In this document: positions 46,301 through 53,972 of the stretch, piece by piece
How positions within the stretch are numbered: the first letter of the stretch is position 1
Layout of the letters: each line of letters begins with the position of its first letter
Origin: Candidatus Peribacteria bacterium
Lineage (GTDB): Bacteria > Patescibacteriota > Gracilibacteria > Peribacterales > Peribacteraceae
NCBI GenBank assembly: GCA_943354555.1
Contig: CALRCM010000001.1
Location: forward strand, 7,453 to 71,452
Direction: 5' to 3'
DNA length: 64,000 nucleotides
Notes under the pieces: model-generated
Database searches by the model: none
Told to the model about the DNA's origin: nothing
The model's input: only the letters and a program-made list of their open reading frames with translations
Program-made: the position numbers and the translations under genes

Positions 46301-49300
46301 TGCAGCTCCCCGGGGCACACCAGTTGGGATCCACTTTGCATTCCGAGGTGCATGCATCTTCATTGAGGAGATTGCCGTCATCACACTCTTCGGTTCCTTG
46401 CATAAAGCCGTCCCCGCAGGCAGGCAGTCTGCAGGCGTTGGTACAGCCGTCTGTGTTGCTCTCATTGGTGTCATCGCATGTCTCGCCAAATTCAACGGTA
46501 CCGTTTCCACAGAAGGGAATAGCCAACTTCTTGCAAACAACCTGGGCGGACTTGAATTCCGTCTGGAATGTCAGAGAGGTCGAGAGCATCAGTGGTCCTT
46601 CATCCAGTGATCGTGGATTTGAAACGCCCCATAGGCCCGTATCTTGCCAAATTTTGGCCCTGAGATTGTACTGAAGGAGACTCGTGCCTTTGATAAAGGC
46701 AAAGGGTTTGTCTCCGATACTGAACAACTGAGGTGGCAACACCAAGGGGTTTGAAGTGGATAAAGCTGTGGTAGGAGTGGTTTCCACACGGGTGTCCACA
46801 AGAGGCACATCCGCACCGGGCTGATAACGATAGACGCCCAAAGGTTCGGTTGCGCTGTTACTTGCATCATGTTTCCCGAGAATGAGGAGTGCATTTCCCG
46901 CACCGACAACACCGGAGATGCGTCGCAGAGTGGAGGCTCCCGTGTCGGGAACCCAGTTCGATCCCTCAAGTCGATGCATGGTACTTATCGTCGCTGTTCC
47001 ATCACTAGCAGACCCGATCACATAGAGACGTTCATTGGTGCTTGCCAGAAGTACTGGATTGCTCAGGACAGATCCGATAGCAGCCCAACTACGACCTCCG
47101 TTGTATTGATACACTCGTCCATTGTGCACGGCATACAAGGAGCTCTGGAATTCAAGAATGCTATTGATCACGGGGGGTGCCGAAGTCTGCCATGGCGTTC
47201 CAAGATCCTCCCATGTGCCTCCTCCCGTGCGCCGGAGAATGTGTCCTGCAGATCCGGGCTCCGATACTTCTCCGGAGCGGCCCCTTCTTATGGCATAGAG
47301 TTTTCCTCCTGTTTTGATGAGAACTGCTCCGGGACTTGCAAACGTACTTGCCCCATCTATAGGTGATAATCGTGCTTCCAAAACCCATACTGGTGTTTGG
47401 TTCACTTTGGTATATCGATACACTGTAGGGATCAAAATCCCCGAACTTTGTGTTACGCCGACAATTCCATACGCTTCATCTCGATGCGAAGCGACGACAA
47501 CCCCTGTGAGGCGGGAATCTCGCGTAATAGCACCAAGTGATAAGTGAGATTGCGTGCTATTGCACGCCTGAGTAAGTGGCAATGCAGGGGGAAGGATACA
47601 AATGCTCGGTGAACCGGAGCAGGAATACCCTGTCTCGATACTGCAGGTAAGGCTGCATCCATCTCCTGCTGTGCGGTTATTGTCGTCGCAGGATTCTCCT
47701 GCCTGAATCGTGCCGTTGCCACAGATCAATGAGCATGTACTTCTTGGCGTGCCGGCACAGCTATAACCGGATTCTATGGTACACAGCGCCGAGCATCCGT
47801 CCCCTGCAGCGATATTCTGGTCATCACACTGCTCGCTTTCCTGCTTAACACCATTTCCGCAGTTTCTGGTGCATGTGCTGCGCTCTGTTCCCGTACAGCT
47901 GTAGCCCGCCTCCACCACGCACAGCGCCGAGCATCCGTCTCCGGATGCAATATTGTTATCATCACATTGTTCATTGGACTGCTTCACACCATTTCCACAT
48001 GGTGAGGGTATGACGCAGATACTTGGAGATCCTTCGCAGCGGTATCCTATTTCCACTTGGCATAGAGCATTGCACCCGTCGTTGGGAAAGCGGCTTCCAT
48101 CGTCACACCCTTCTCCAACAGTAACCTGACCATTGCCGCAGAGCAGCGAACAAACGCTCGGCGTACCCAAGCACTGGAATCCCGTATCGACCGTGCATGT
48201 GCTGCAGCCGTCTCCGGAAGTGGAGTTGCCATCATCACAGGATTCACCGGTGTTGATGACGCCATTGCCGCAGAAAAGCGCGCAAACACTCGGTATGCCA
48301 GTGCAGAAATATCCTGAATCTGTGGTACACAGCGCACTGCATCCATCTCCAGCATCACGATCACCGTCATCACATGCTTCGCCGAGCTGAATGGAGCCAT
48401 TGCCGCAATTCAGGGTGCAGACACTCAGTGGTTCCCCTGTACAACTGTAGCCGGTTTCCACCGTGCACAATGCTGAGCATCCGTCGCCCGTTACAGTACT
48501 CCCATCATCACATGCCTCGTCCCGTTCCTTGGTTCCATTGCCACATACGGAGGGCGTTATGCATTCCTGCAGTTGTGTATAGAGAACGGTTCCGGTCGGC
48601 GTCGCAAGAACAAAATCCGGACGGCCATCACCGGTCATGTCGGCTAGAGCAAGATCCAAAACCCCGTTCTCCTGCACCATATGCTTGATCCAAGCCCCGT
48701 TATTCTGCTCCAGCCAATAGGCCGAGCCCTGTGCCATCGCATATGCCCGTACCGCAAGGTCGGTATCGCCGTCGCCGTCGATATCCCCAAGCGCAAATAC
48801 AGGCTTGATCCATGCAACATCGGCAATGAATGACCACGTGCCGTTTGCCGGATTCCACCACATGGCCTTTGAGTAACCACCAGTGGACTGTTTATAAATG
48901 AGTGCAACAATATCCTTCACTCCATCACTGTTCACATCACCAACTTCCAATGCCGAGGCCACCTCGTCTATCTGGAGAGTGGTCACAATATTCGTGGCAT
49001 CATCAATGATAAAATGTCTGACGCCGATAACGTGCTTGCCGCTTGCAAGTGTTGAGCGACTCACGGATTGGTATTGCCAGAGTGCACGGAGACCAAATCC
49101 GTCATCGAAGGAAAGTATTCTGCGTAGGGAGTTCTCATTTCCCAGAATGGAAATGTATTCCAGAGGCTGGTAGGCCGTCGTCGGTGTCATGCCGCGGTAG
49201 ATGGATCCTAAAAACCCGTTGGGTTTCGTGAGGACAAACCGTTCGCCGGCACGCGAGGAACGACGCAACCACGAAAGATTCTGTGCACTTACTCCAGAGG

Positions 49301-51443
49301 TGCCCATGCTGATGATGTAGTGGTTATTCTCATGGTAGCCCGGCAGGGGATTGGAGAGATTGGGATAGATGGATCGTTGCATAAGAGCGACAAGCTGCGT
49401 ATGCGTTGCTCCGCTCGGGTCGAAGGCTTCGATGTACCCGCGATCATTTCTGTCTCCACTGGTAAACGCGCTTGACCACGCGAGCGAGAATCCACTGTCG
49501 GTCTTTTTGAAAATTTTCACAGTGGTTCCGTCGCGGACGGCTACGTCTATAGTTCCGCTTCCATCAAAGTCTCCAGTCACCACTTGCTCACCTTTTGCGG
49601 TATCGATAACGGATTGTGTAAATGTAAGAGAGGCGTTTGCGGGTGCCGCGCAGGATAGTTTTTGCGGTTTCGTGCAGTCTGCAGGGCACCAGCCAATGGT
49701 ATTGCTCGTATTCCCGTCATCGCAGGTTTCCCCCGGTTCCTTTCGGCTGTTGCCGCAGACAATCGGCGTACATGTACTGGGGCTTCCTGAGCAGGTGAAG
49801 CCAGATTCTATCGTGCAGGTGGCACTGCAACCGTTGCCTGCATTGACATTGCCGTCATCACATTCTTCTCCAGTTTCCGTAAGGCCGTTGCCACATACGA
49901 TCGGTGTACAGGTGCTCGGGGTTCCAAGGCATGTGAAGCCAGATTCTACAGCGCATAGCGAACTACATCCGTCTCCTGAATTCAGATTTTGGTCATCGCA
50001 TTGCTCGTTGCCTGCGATCACTCCATTACTACATAGGCGCGTGCAAATACTGCGCGTCTCACCCGCACAGCTGAATCCCAACTCATACCAACAGCTTGAG
50101 CTGCAGCCGTCACCCCCTGCAATATTTCCGTCGTCGCACTGTTCCTGTCCTTCTTTGACACCGTCTCCACAGGCAATCAGATGACAATTGTTGGTGCAGC
50201 CATCCAGATTATTGGTGTTGCCATCATCACAGGTTTCATTCGGTCCTATGGCGCTGTCACCACACACCGCGTTTTTACATATGTTCGTGCATGCATCGGT
50301 ATTGGTCTGATTTCCGTCGTCACATTCCTCTCCCGGATGTACGGTACCGTCCCCGCATGCTGGGAAAAAGGCCGGGAGTTCCGCAAAAGAGACTGTGCGG
50401 TCCGTAAAGATCCACACGCGATTGAGGAACGTGACTGCTTTCTTGGCATATTGCGGCAGTGTACTGCAAGTCGGAGTAGAGGTCTTGGCCCAGCGAATAC
50501 CGTTGTCCGAAGAAAGGACGACCTTATCGCAGCTGGGGTTCCGGTTAGGTACGGATGTGTTTCCAAGCGCGAGAATATAGTTGCCGTTGATCATCAGGTT
50601 GGCGGCATTCGCCACGCTTAGCTGGACATTGGTGGACAGCGGTGAGGGCAAAATGCTTTCCCTAGTCCACGGCGCTACTCCCGTTGGCGAACTCATGATG
50701 TTGCGGCCGTTAAGCGCGAGGACGCGGTTTCCGAGGACTACTACACTTCCTCCAAAGCCGGTTCCGGCTGCTTGCCACGATCCTGTAGCGTTGCTCAGCA
50801 CCTTTACACTGGTCAGTCCCAAAAATAATTTCCCATTGAACACATAGAGCGGTGTGTTGTAGGTGCGGATGCCCACGGGCAGCTGGGGGCCGGGCAACCA
50901 CGTTCTGCCGTCACTTGAGTGGTACGTTGCTCGCGAAGCCGCACAAAGGCGTCCAAACATATTGCAGCGCATTCCTCCAACGACCCACAACTCTCCATTC
51001 CATTCGATCGCGGAGGCCGCGTAGATCCTTTCAGGGAGATTACTTTCCAGGTCCCAGGTGTAGCCGTCCGTCGTCGAATAGGCTTGGCTTGTTCCCAATC
51101 TGGAATTCAAATCTCTTCCGCCGATGATCCACAGTTTTCCCAAAGCAGAGACGAACGCATTGTCACCGACGCGGTACCCCAAGCCTCCACCCGAACGCCA
51201 CGTTAATTCCCTCACGCCACTCGGTTTGTTTTCTGTAAGACACGCGTTAGAGCATCCATCTCCATTGAGTTGGTTTCCATCTTCACATTCTTCATACCGT
51301 GAAAGATTTCCGTCGCCACACACAAATCCATCATTGACTTGTCCGATAGTGGATCCCCATTGCGAAGAGAAAACCCCAACTGCAGCCAGTGTCCCAAGAG
51401 TGACAGAAAGAAACTGAACTCTGCGAGTATGTGTGTTCTTCAT
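43359..51443 (-). CDS. Giant (2694 aa) secreted repeat protein: Cys-rich DUF4215/TIGR02232-type repeats + Kelch-like beta-propeller blocks + FG-GAP/VCBS block
   Basis: Uninterrupted 8.1-kb ORF with a signal-like N-terminus. 25 (E/x)CDD cores within CG(N/D)G...GE.CDDGN...GDGCS..C units. GDFDGSGTIDVAV, GDVNSDGVKDIVA, GDIDGDGDTDLAV and ADMTGDGRPDFVL FG-GAP-type motifs. Confidence 0.9.
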   Translation of the reverse strand: MKNTHTRRVQFLSVTLGTLAAVGVFSSQWGSTIGQVNDGFVCGDGNLSRYEECEDGNQLNGDGCSNACLTENKPSGVRELTWRSGGGLGYRVGDNAFVSALGKLWIIGGRDLNSRLGTSQAYSTTDGYTWDLESNLPERIYAASAIEWNGELWVVGGMRCNMFGRLCAASRATYHSSDGRTWLPGPQLPVGIRTYNTPLYVFNGKLFLGLTSVKVLSNATGSWQAAGTGFGGSVVVLGNRVLALNGRNIMSSPTGVAPWTRESILPSPLSTNVQLSVANAANLMINGNYILALGNTSVPNRNPSCDKVVLSSDNGIRWAKTSTPTCSTLPQYAKKAVTFLNRVWIFTDRTVSFAELPAFFPACGDGTVHPGEECDDGNQTNTDACTNICKNAVCGDSAIGPNETCDDGNTNNLDGCTNNCHLIACGDGVKEGQEQCDDGNIAGGDGCSSSCWYELGFSCAGETRSICTRLCSNGVIAGNEQCDDQNLNSGDGCSSLCAVESGFTCLGTPSTCTPIVCGNGLTETGEECDDGNVNAGNGCSATCTIESGFTCSGSPSTCTPIVCGNSRKEPGETCDDGNTSNTIGWCPADCTKPQKLSCAAPANASLTFTQSVIDTAKGEQVVTGDFDGSGTIDVAVRDGTTVKIFKKTDSGFSLAWSSAFTSGDRNDRGYIEAFDPSGATHTQLVALMQRSIYPNLSNPLPGYHENNHYIISMGTSGVSAQNLSWLRRSSRAGERFVLTKPNGFLGSIYRGMTPTTAYQPLEYISILGNENSLRRILSFDDGFGLRALWQYQSVSRSTLASGKHVIGVRHFIIDDATNIVTTLQIDEVASALEVGDVNSDGVKDIVALIYKQSTGGYSKAMWWNPANGTWSFIADVAWIKPVFALGDIDGDGDTDLAVRAYAMAQGSAYWLEQNNGAWIKHMVQENGVLDLALADMTGDGRPDFVLATPTGTVLYTQLQECITPSVCGNGTKERDEACDDGSTVTGDGCSALCTVETGYSCTGEPLSVCTLNCGNGSIQLGEACDDGDRDAGDGCSALCTTDSGYFCTGIPSVCALFCGNGVINTGESCDDGNSTSGDGCSTCTVDTGFQCLGTPSVCSLLCGNGQVTVGEGCDDGSRFPNDGCNALCQVEIGYRCEGSPSICVIPSPCGNGVKQSNEQCDDNNIASGDGCSALCVVEAGYSCTGTERSTCTRNCGNGVKQESEQCDDQNIAAGDGCSALCTIESGYSCAGTPRSTCSLICGNGTIQAGESCDDNNRTAGDGCSLTCSIETGYSCSGSPSICILPPALPLTQACNSTQSHLSLGAITRDSRLTGVVVASHRDEAYGIVGVTQSSGILIPTVYRYTKVNQTPVWVLEARLSPIDGASTFASPGAVLIKTGGKLYAIRRGRSGEVSEPGSAGHILRRTGGGTWEDLGTPWQTSAPPVINSILEFQSSLYAVHNGRVYQYNGGRSWAAIGSVLSNPVLLASTNERLYVIGSASDGTATISTMHRLEGSNWVPDTGASTLRRISGVVGAGNALLILGKHDASNSATEPLGVYRYQPGADVPLVDTRVETTPTTALSTSNPLVLPPQLFSIGDKPFAFIKGTSLLQYNLRAKIWQDTGLWGVSNPRSLDEGPLMLSTSLTFQTEFKSAQVVCKKLAIPFCGNGTVEFGETCDDTNESNTDGCTNACRLPACGDGFMQGTEECDDGNLLNEDACTSECKVDPNWCAPGSCTLPVSLSEKCTDSVNPVALGTFKKLMGTSTSIASFNNAAYMATDNTIRRLMRNGDRVSWVTEVRIPSSGITLKSLHGTLYAVIAAPYGGSVTAADSMVYRRNANGQWEGLGTPFVSTNVVNPNAPNIVNLLEHNGVLYAAVRNYGNVYRYNNDHTWSHLGQNIAIAANTQGLLQLKAAVWGGNTLYAIIDVPPTTGVSTWNGTSWQSVGAAMPETTFQAMEASGQAFVVGLPRFVTNFMVYRMNAETPNSFLTAVYFRPGSLPSFVSADNELFASNGIGSIVHFGGIDTLFATRQSNNDPAYTVNDGSLLLSAPVDTTSRISPSCKKLVLSVCRNGVVERGEECDDNNAINTDSCTNACKLPACGDGVMQGTEVCDDGNRTAGDGCNASCAIEPDYTCSGTSPSVCLPTCGNGVINTGEACDDRNRTAGDGCNLTCNIEGTHTCSGAPSTCVRICGNGVLNPGEGCDDGNANANDGCVSCIIAEGYTCSGAPSACVRNCGNGTVNAGEQCDDAGATAFCTAACTFAPKVCGDGIVQNGEQCDDGNQDYADGCSSMCKLPVCRNGIREGTEECDDNNASNTDSCTNACKNAKCGDTFIQPGSEQCDDGNQVNTDACSNACNLARCGDSLVQTSEQCDDGNTLVNDGCTPVCTTSPVVSSLCGIGSFKAMTLPSPTATQHYQSISFFYPTANMLFLADDAQVSYFNNVSWRSAGVKENIVDPSGFSTNTRNITTQTALYLDEETQTLYLGTHSGDTWKQQVQGTNMEGTWHFLGRLPVSVASFTKKNGKIYAFSGKSVWEASTSWEFTYGLWTSKAVFPNPGTVPSRTYFADHDTLVQTYNPVWPSSGAGYVSQWTGNGWNTLASYNTNAEAYGGAVKKDGTTFISFIGISSVTPSIPGATFMPLGNMTKGMFGAYDIRNVDTTQTTNGILAYPLWQKIQGIDSCQAGTSSLSCISSDDFTDWKGGYWKFNADAGLSCMKMP
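44345..45330 (-). repeat. Cys-rich repeat array 4 of the giant gene (9 CDD cores); approximate bounds
   Basis: Protein segment CRNGVVERGEECDDNNAINTDSC ... SEQCDDGNTLVNDGCTPVC mapped back to nucleotides. Confidence 0.7.
46295..46525 (-). repeat. Cys-rich repeat array 3 (2 cores); approximate bounds
   Basis: CGNGTVEFGETCDDTNESNTDGCTNACRLPACGDGFMQGTEECDDGNLLNEDAC. Confidence 0.7.
47596..48571 (-). repeat. Cys-rich repeat array 2 (7 cores, ~48-aa period); approximate bounds
   Basis: CGNGTKERDEACDDGSTVTGDGCSALCTVETGYSCTG ... ESCDDNNRTAGDGCSLTCSIETGYSCSGSPSIC. Confidence 0.7.
49670..50365 (-). repeat. Cys-rich repeat array 1 (6 cores); approximate bounds
   Basis: CGDGTVHPGEECDDGNQTNTDAC ... CGNSRKEPGETCDDGNTSNT. 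Confidence 0.7.
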
Positions 51444-51517
51444 AGGACCGGAGAGAAATGGATGTGGATGTTTCCGTTTTTTGGAGAATACGGAGAATTC
51501 GCCGTATCGTTATATTT

Positions 51518-51555
51518 TTGCAGAAAAACACGATTTCTGCAATGTTAAGATTATA
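51518..51555 (-). promoter_or_regulatory. Possible -10 box (TATAAT, minus strand, 51550-51555) and 9-bp perfect 5'-UTR hairpin (51518-51526/51534-51542) upstream of the giant gene
   Basis: Minus strand reads ...GTCGTATAATCTTAACATTGCAGAAATCGTGTTTTTCTGCAA... No good -35 box. Confidence 0.3.
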
Positions 51556-51570
51556 CGACTATCCTACGCT

Positions 51571-52485
51571 TTATGTATTGGTCTTATACCACTCCACTGA
51601 TTTCCTCACTCCCTCCGCAAACGGGATTTTAGGATCAAACCCGAAGGCCTTCTTTGCCTTGGAGATATCCGCCACATAGCGGATAACTTCTCCCGTCCGC
51701 GATTCGCCGAGTTCGATCTTCGATTGCGATCCTGTGAGTTCGATGATCATCTCCGCAAGTTTGAGGATGGTATTGCCCTCCCCAAACGCGAGGTTGTAGG
51801 TGTCATTTTTTACTGCGTCGAATTTCTCCAAAGCTCTGATGACGCCGTCGACCGCGTCATTGATATAGGTGAAGTCGAGGCACTTGGCTTTGCCGAAGAT
51901 TTTCAGTGTTTCATTCTTGCGCGCCTGGCGAATGAAAAGGGGGACCACGCGGACGGAGTCGTCATAAGCGCCGTATACATTGGAGAAGCGGATGATCACA
52001 TGATCAATCCCATAGCAGCGTGAATAGGCATGCACGAGTGCTTCGCCGCCAACTTTACTGGCAGTGTAGGGACTCTCGCAGTTCTCCACGCGCACGAGAT
52101 CCTCCGTAAGATGATCAGCCTGAATATTGCCGTAGCCTTCGCGGGATCCGGCAAAGAAAAACTTCTTTGTGTCATTCATTCTTGCAAGTTCCAGTGTATT
52201 AAAAAGCGTAATGAAGTTATCCAGTGCGCGGGGAGGGTCTTCGACGAGCTCATAGACGCGGGCATTGGCGCCAAGGTGGATGATGACATCGGCTTTGAGT
52301 TTTTCGCTTTGGGCAAGCAGAGCTTCCCGGTCGCGTAGATCAAGGATCGTCGTGATCTTTTGCACGGCCGGTTGCCATTTATTGGGTACCCAGTCGACGC
52401 CGATTACGTCGTATCCTTTCTCCAGAAGGGTTTCGCAGAGGCGTGTGCCGATGGTGCCGGAGGAACCAGTGACGAGGATGCGCAT
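51571..52485 (-). CDS. NAD-dependent epimerase/dehydratase (SDR, GalE-like)
   Basis: MRILVTGSSGTIGTRLCETLLEKGYDVIGVD; catalytic YTASKVGGE. Confidence 0.75.
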   Translation of the reverse strand: MRILVTGSSGTIGTRLCETLLEKGYDVIGVDWVPNKWQPAVQKITTILDLRDREALLAQSEKLKADVIIHLGANARVYELVEDPPRALDNFITLFNTLELARMNDTKKFFFAGSREGYGNIQADHLTEDLVRVENCESPYTASKVGGEALVHAYSRCYGIDHVIIRFSNVYGAYDDSVRVVPLFIRQARKNETLKIFGKAKCLDFTYINDAVDGVIRALEKFDAVKNDTYNLAFGEGNTILKLAEMIIELTGSQSKIELGESRTGEVIRYVADISKAKKAFGFDPKIPFAEGVRKSVEWYKTNT

Positions 52486-52517
52486 CGGGTGCAGTGTAGC
52501 GGGAATCTCTGAAGAAT

Positions 52518-52568
52518 TATGAATTAAGAATTAGGAATGTCTTCTTAATTCATAATTCTTAATTCATA
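52518..52568. repeat. 16-bp perfect inverted repeat TATGAATTAAGAATTA / TAATTCTTAATTCATA built from GAATTAAG words
   Basis: Arms at 52518-52533 and 52553-52568. In the divergent intergenic region, ending 11 nt before ATG 52580. Confidence 0.85.
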
Positions 52569-52579
52569 CTTCCTTTTAG

Positions 52580-53674
52580 ATGCTTTCCCTCATCCTTCCT
52601 ACCTACAACGAAGCCGAGAACATCCCTGATCTTCTCCCGAAGATTCGCAGTGTCCTCAAAGGCATCCCCCATGAAGTCATCATCGTCGATGATGATTCTC
52701 CGGATGGTACGTGGAGGATCGCACAGCAGATTGCTCACGATCTTGGTGATGTGCATGTTATCCGTCGCATAGGTCGCCGTGGCCTTTCTTCGGCAGTCAT
52801 CGAGGGATTCCTCTCCGCAAAAGGTGATGTCCTCGCAGTGATGGATGCTGATGGACAGCACGATGTGGCATTACTCACTACATTGCATGCTGCGGTAGCG
52901 GAACATGGCGGCATTGCTATTGGTTCGCGCTATGTCTCTGGGGGGAGTGTGGGGGAGTGGGACGAGCGACGGTACATGCTCAGCCGCATCGCAACGCGGA
53001 TGGCGCTTGCTCTTTGTGCAGTGAAAGCAAAAGATCCTATGAGTGGTTTTTTTGCGGTAGATCGGACTTCTTTTGAAGAAGTTCTGCCGCGTCTGAATCC
53101 CAAAGGATTCAAGATTCTCCTCGATCTGCTTGTGCACATGCCGAAAACAACACCGGTGACAGAATCTCCATTCATCTTTGCTACGAGGCGTCATGGCGAG
53201 AGCAAACTTTCCCGCAGAGTGCAGTTGGAATTTCTGGAATACCTCTACGATGTGAGTTTTGGGAATTGGATTCCCCTCACATTTGTGAAGTATTGCATCG
53301 TCGGTGGGTTTGGCGTTGGCGTACATCTGACGTCGTATAAGCTTCTTTCCATATTCTTTGCGCATGGGCTTCCGCTCACAGAAACGGGGTTTTCGCTTGC
53401 TCTTCTAGGAGCGATTGAAACCGCTATCATCTTCAATTTTTGGCTGAATAATCTCTGGACCTTTGCCCATGCAAAACTGCAGGGGATGGGCATGGTGAAG
53501 GGGTTTCTCAAGTACAATCTTGCGTGCGGTTTTGGGGCTCTGGCAAATTATGCGGTCAGCACGTATCTGTATTCCTATGGGCTCGGAGAGATCACGAGCG
53601 TGATCGTGGGAGCATGTGCGGGCATCGTATGGAACTACACCATGAGTAGAGCATTCGCATGGAAAAATGCATAA
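52580..53674 (+). CDS. GT2 polyprenyl-phosphate sugar synthase (DPM1/Ppm1/GtrB-like) fused to a C-terminal GtrA-like membrane domain
   Basis: LSLILPTYNEAENI...VIIVDDDSPDGT...VMDADGQHD. C-terminal FVKYCIVGGFGVGVHL...IFNFWLNNLWTF...VWNYTMSRAFAW (GtrA pattern). Confidence 0.8.
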   Translation: MLSLILPTYNEAENIPDLLPKIRSVLKGIPHEVIIVDDDSPDGTWRIAQQIAHDLGDVHVIRRIGRRGLSSAVIEGFLSAKGDVLAVMDADGQHDVALLTTLHAAVAEHGGIAIGSRYVSGGSVGEWDERRYMLSRIATRMALALCAVKAKDPMSGFFAVDRTSFEEVLPRLNPKGFKILLDLLVHMPKTTPVTESPFIFATRRHGESKLSRRVQLEFLEYLYDVSFGNWIPLTFVKYCIVGGFGVGVHLTSYKLLSIFFAHGLPLTETGFSLALLGAIETAIIFNFWLNNLWTFAHAKLQGMGMVKGFLKYNLACGFGALANYAVSTYLYSYGLGEITSVIVGACAGIVWNYTMSRAFAWKNA

Positions 53675-53972
53675 GCTGAATAATCAATTATGGGCTGTGT
53701 TCTGGACGATGTGCATCGTCATTGCGGTGGTGATCGCCACCCGTCTTTGGGCAATGAGATTGCTCGCTGATGCGGTCACTCGTGAGCATGTGCAGGCGAC
53801 GCTGGAAACCGTTGCAAAGCGCGAGGGGTGGTTTGTATCCGATATCAGTATTCGACACGTGCAGACGGATAGTGTCATTGTTCAGTACCGGCAGCATGTA
53901 CGCGGCAGAGATCCGAAGAGTTGTTACCGCATACCCTTGCAAACTCTCGAGCTTCTCCCCTGCACAAACTGA
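53667..53972 (+). CDS. Small membrane-anchored hypothetical protein
   Basis: 101 aa, one TM (LWAVFWTMCIVIAVVIATRLW). 8-nt overlap with the upstream gene and a TGATG junction with the downstream gene. Confidence 0.5.
   Translation: MHKLNNQLWAVFWTMCIVIAVVIATRLWAMRLLADAVTREHVQATLETVAKREGWFVSDISIRHVQTDSVIVQYRQHVRGRDPKSCYRIPLQTLELLPCTN

Noticed and set aside
44701-50184. Long plus-strand ORFs opposite the giant gene (49369-50184 at 271 aa, 46090-46674 at 194 aa, 44701-45117, 48133-48390, and others)
   Set aside because: They are antisense shadows of the periodic Cys-rich repeat arrays, with repetitive PSP/SSH/LPQ text and no independent start or context. The minus-strand 2694-aa frame explains the region.
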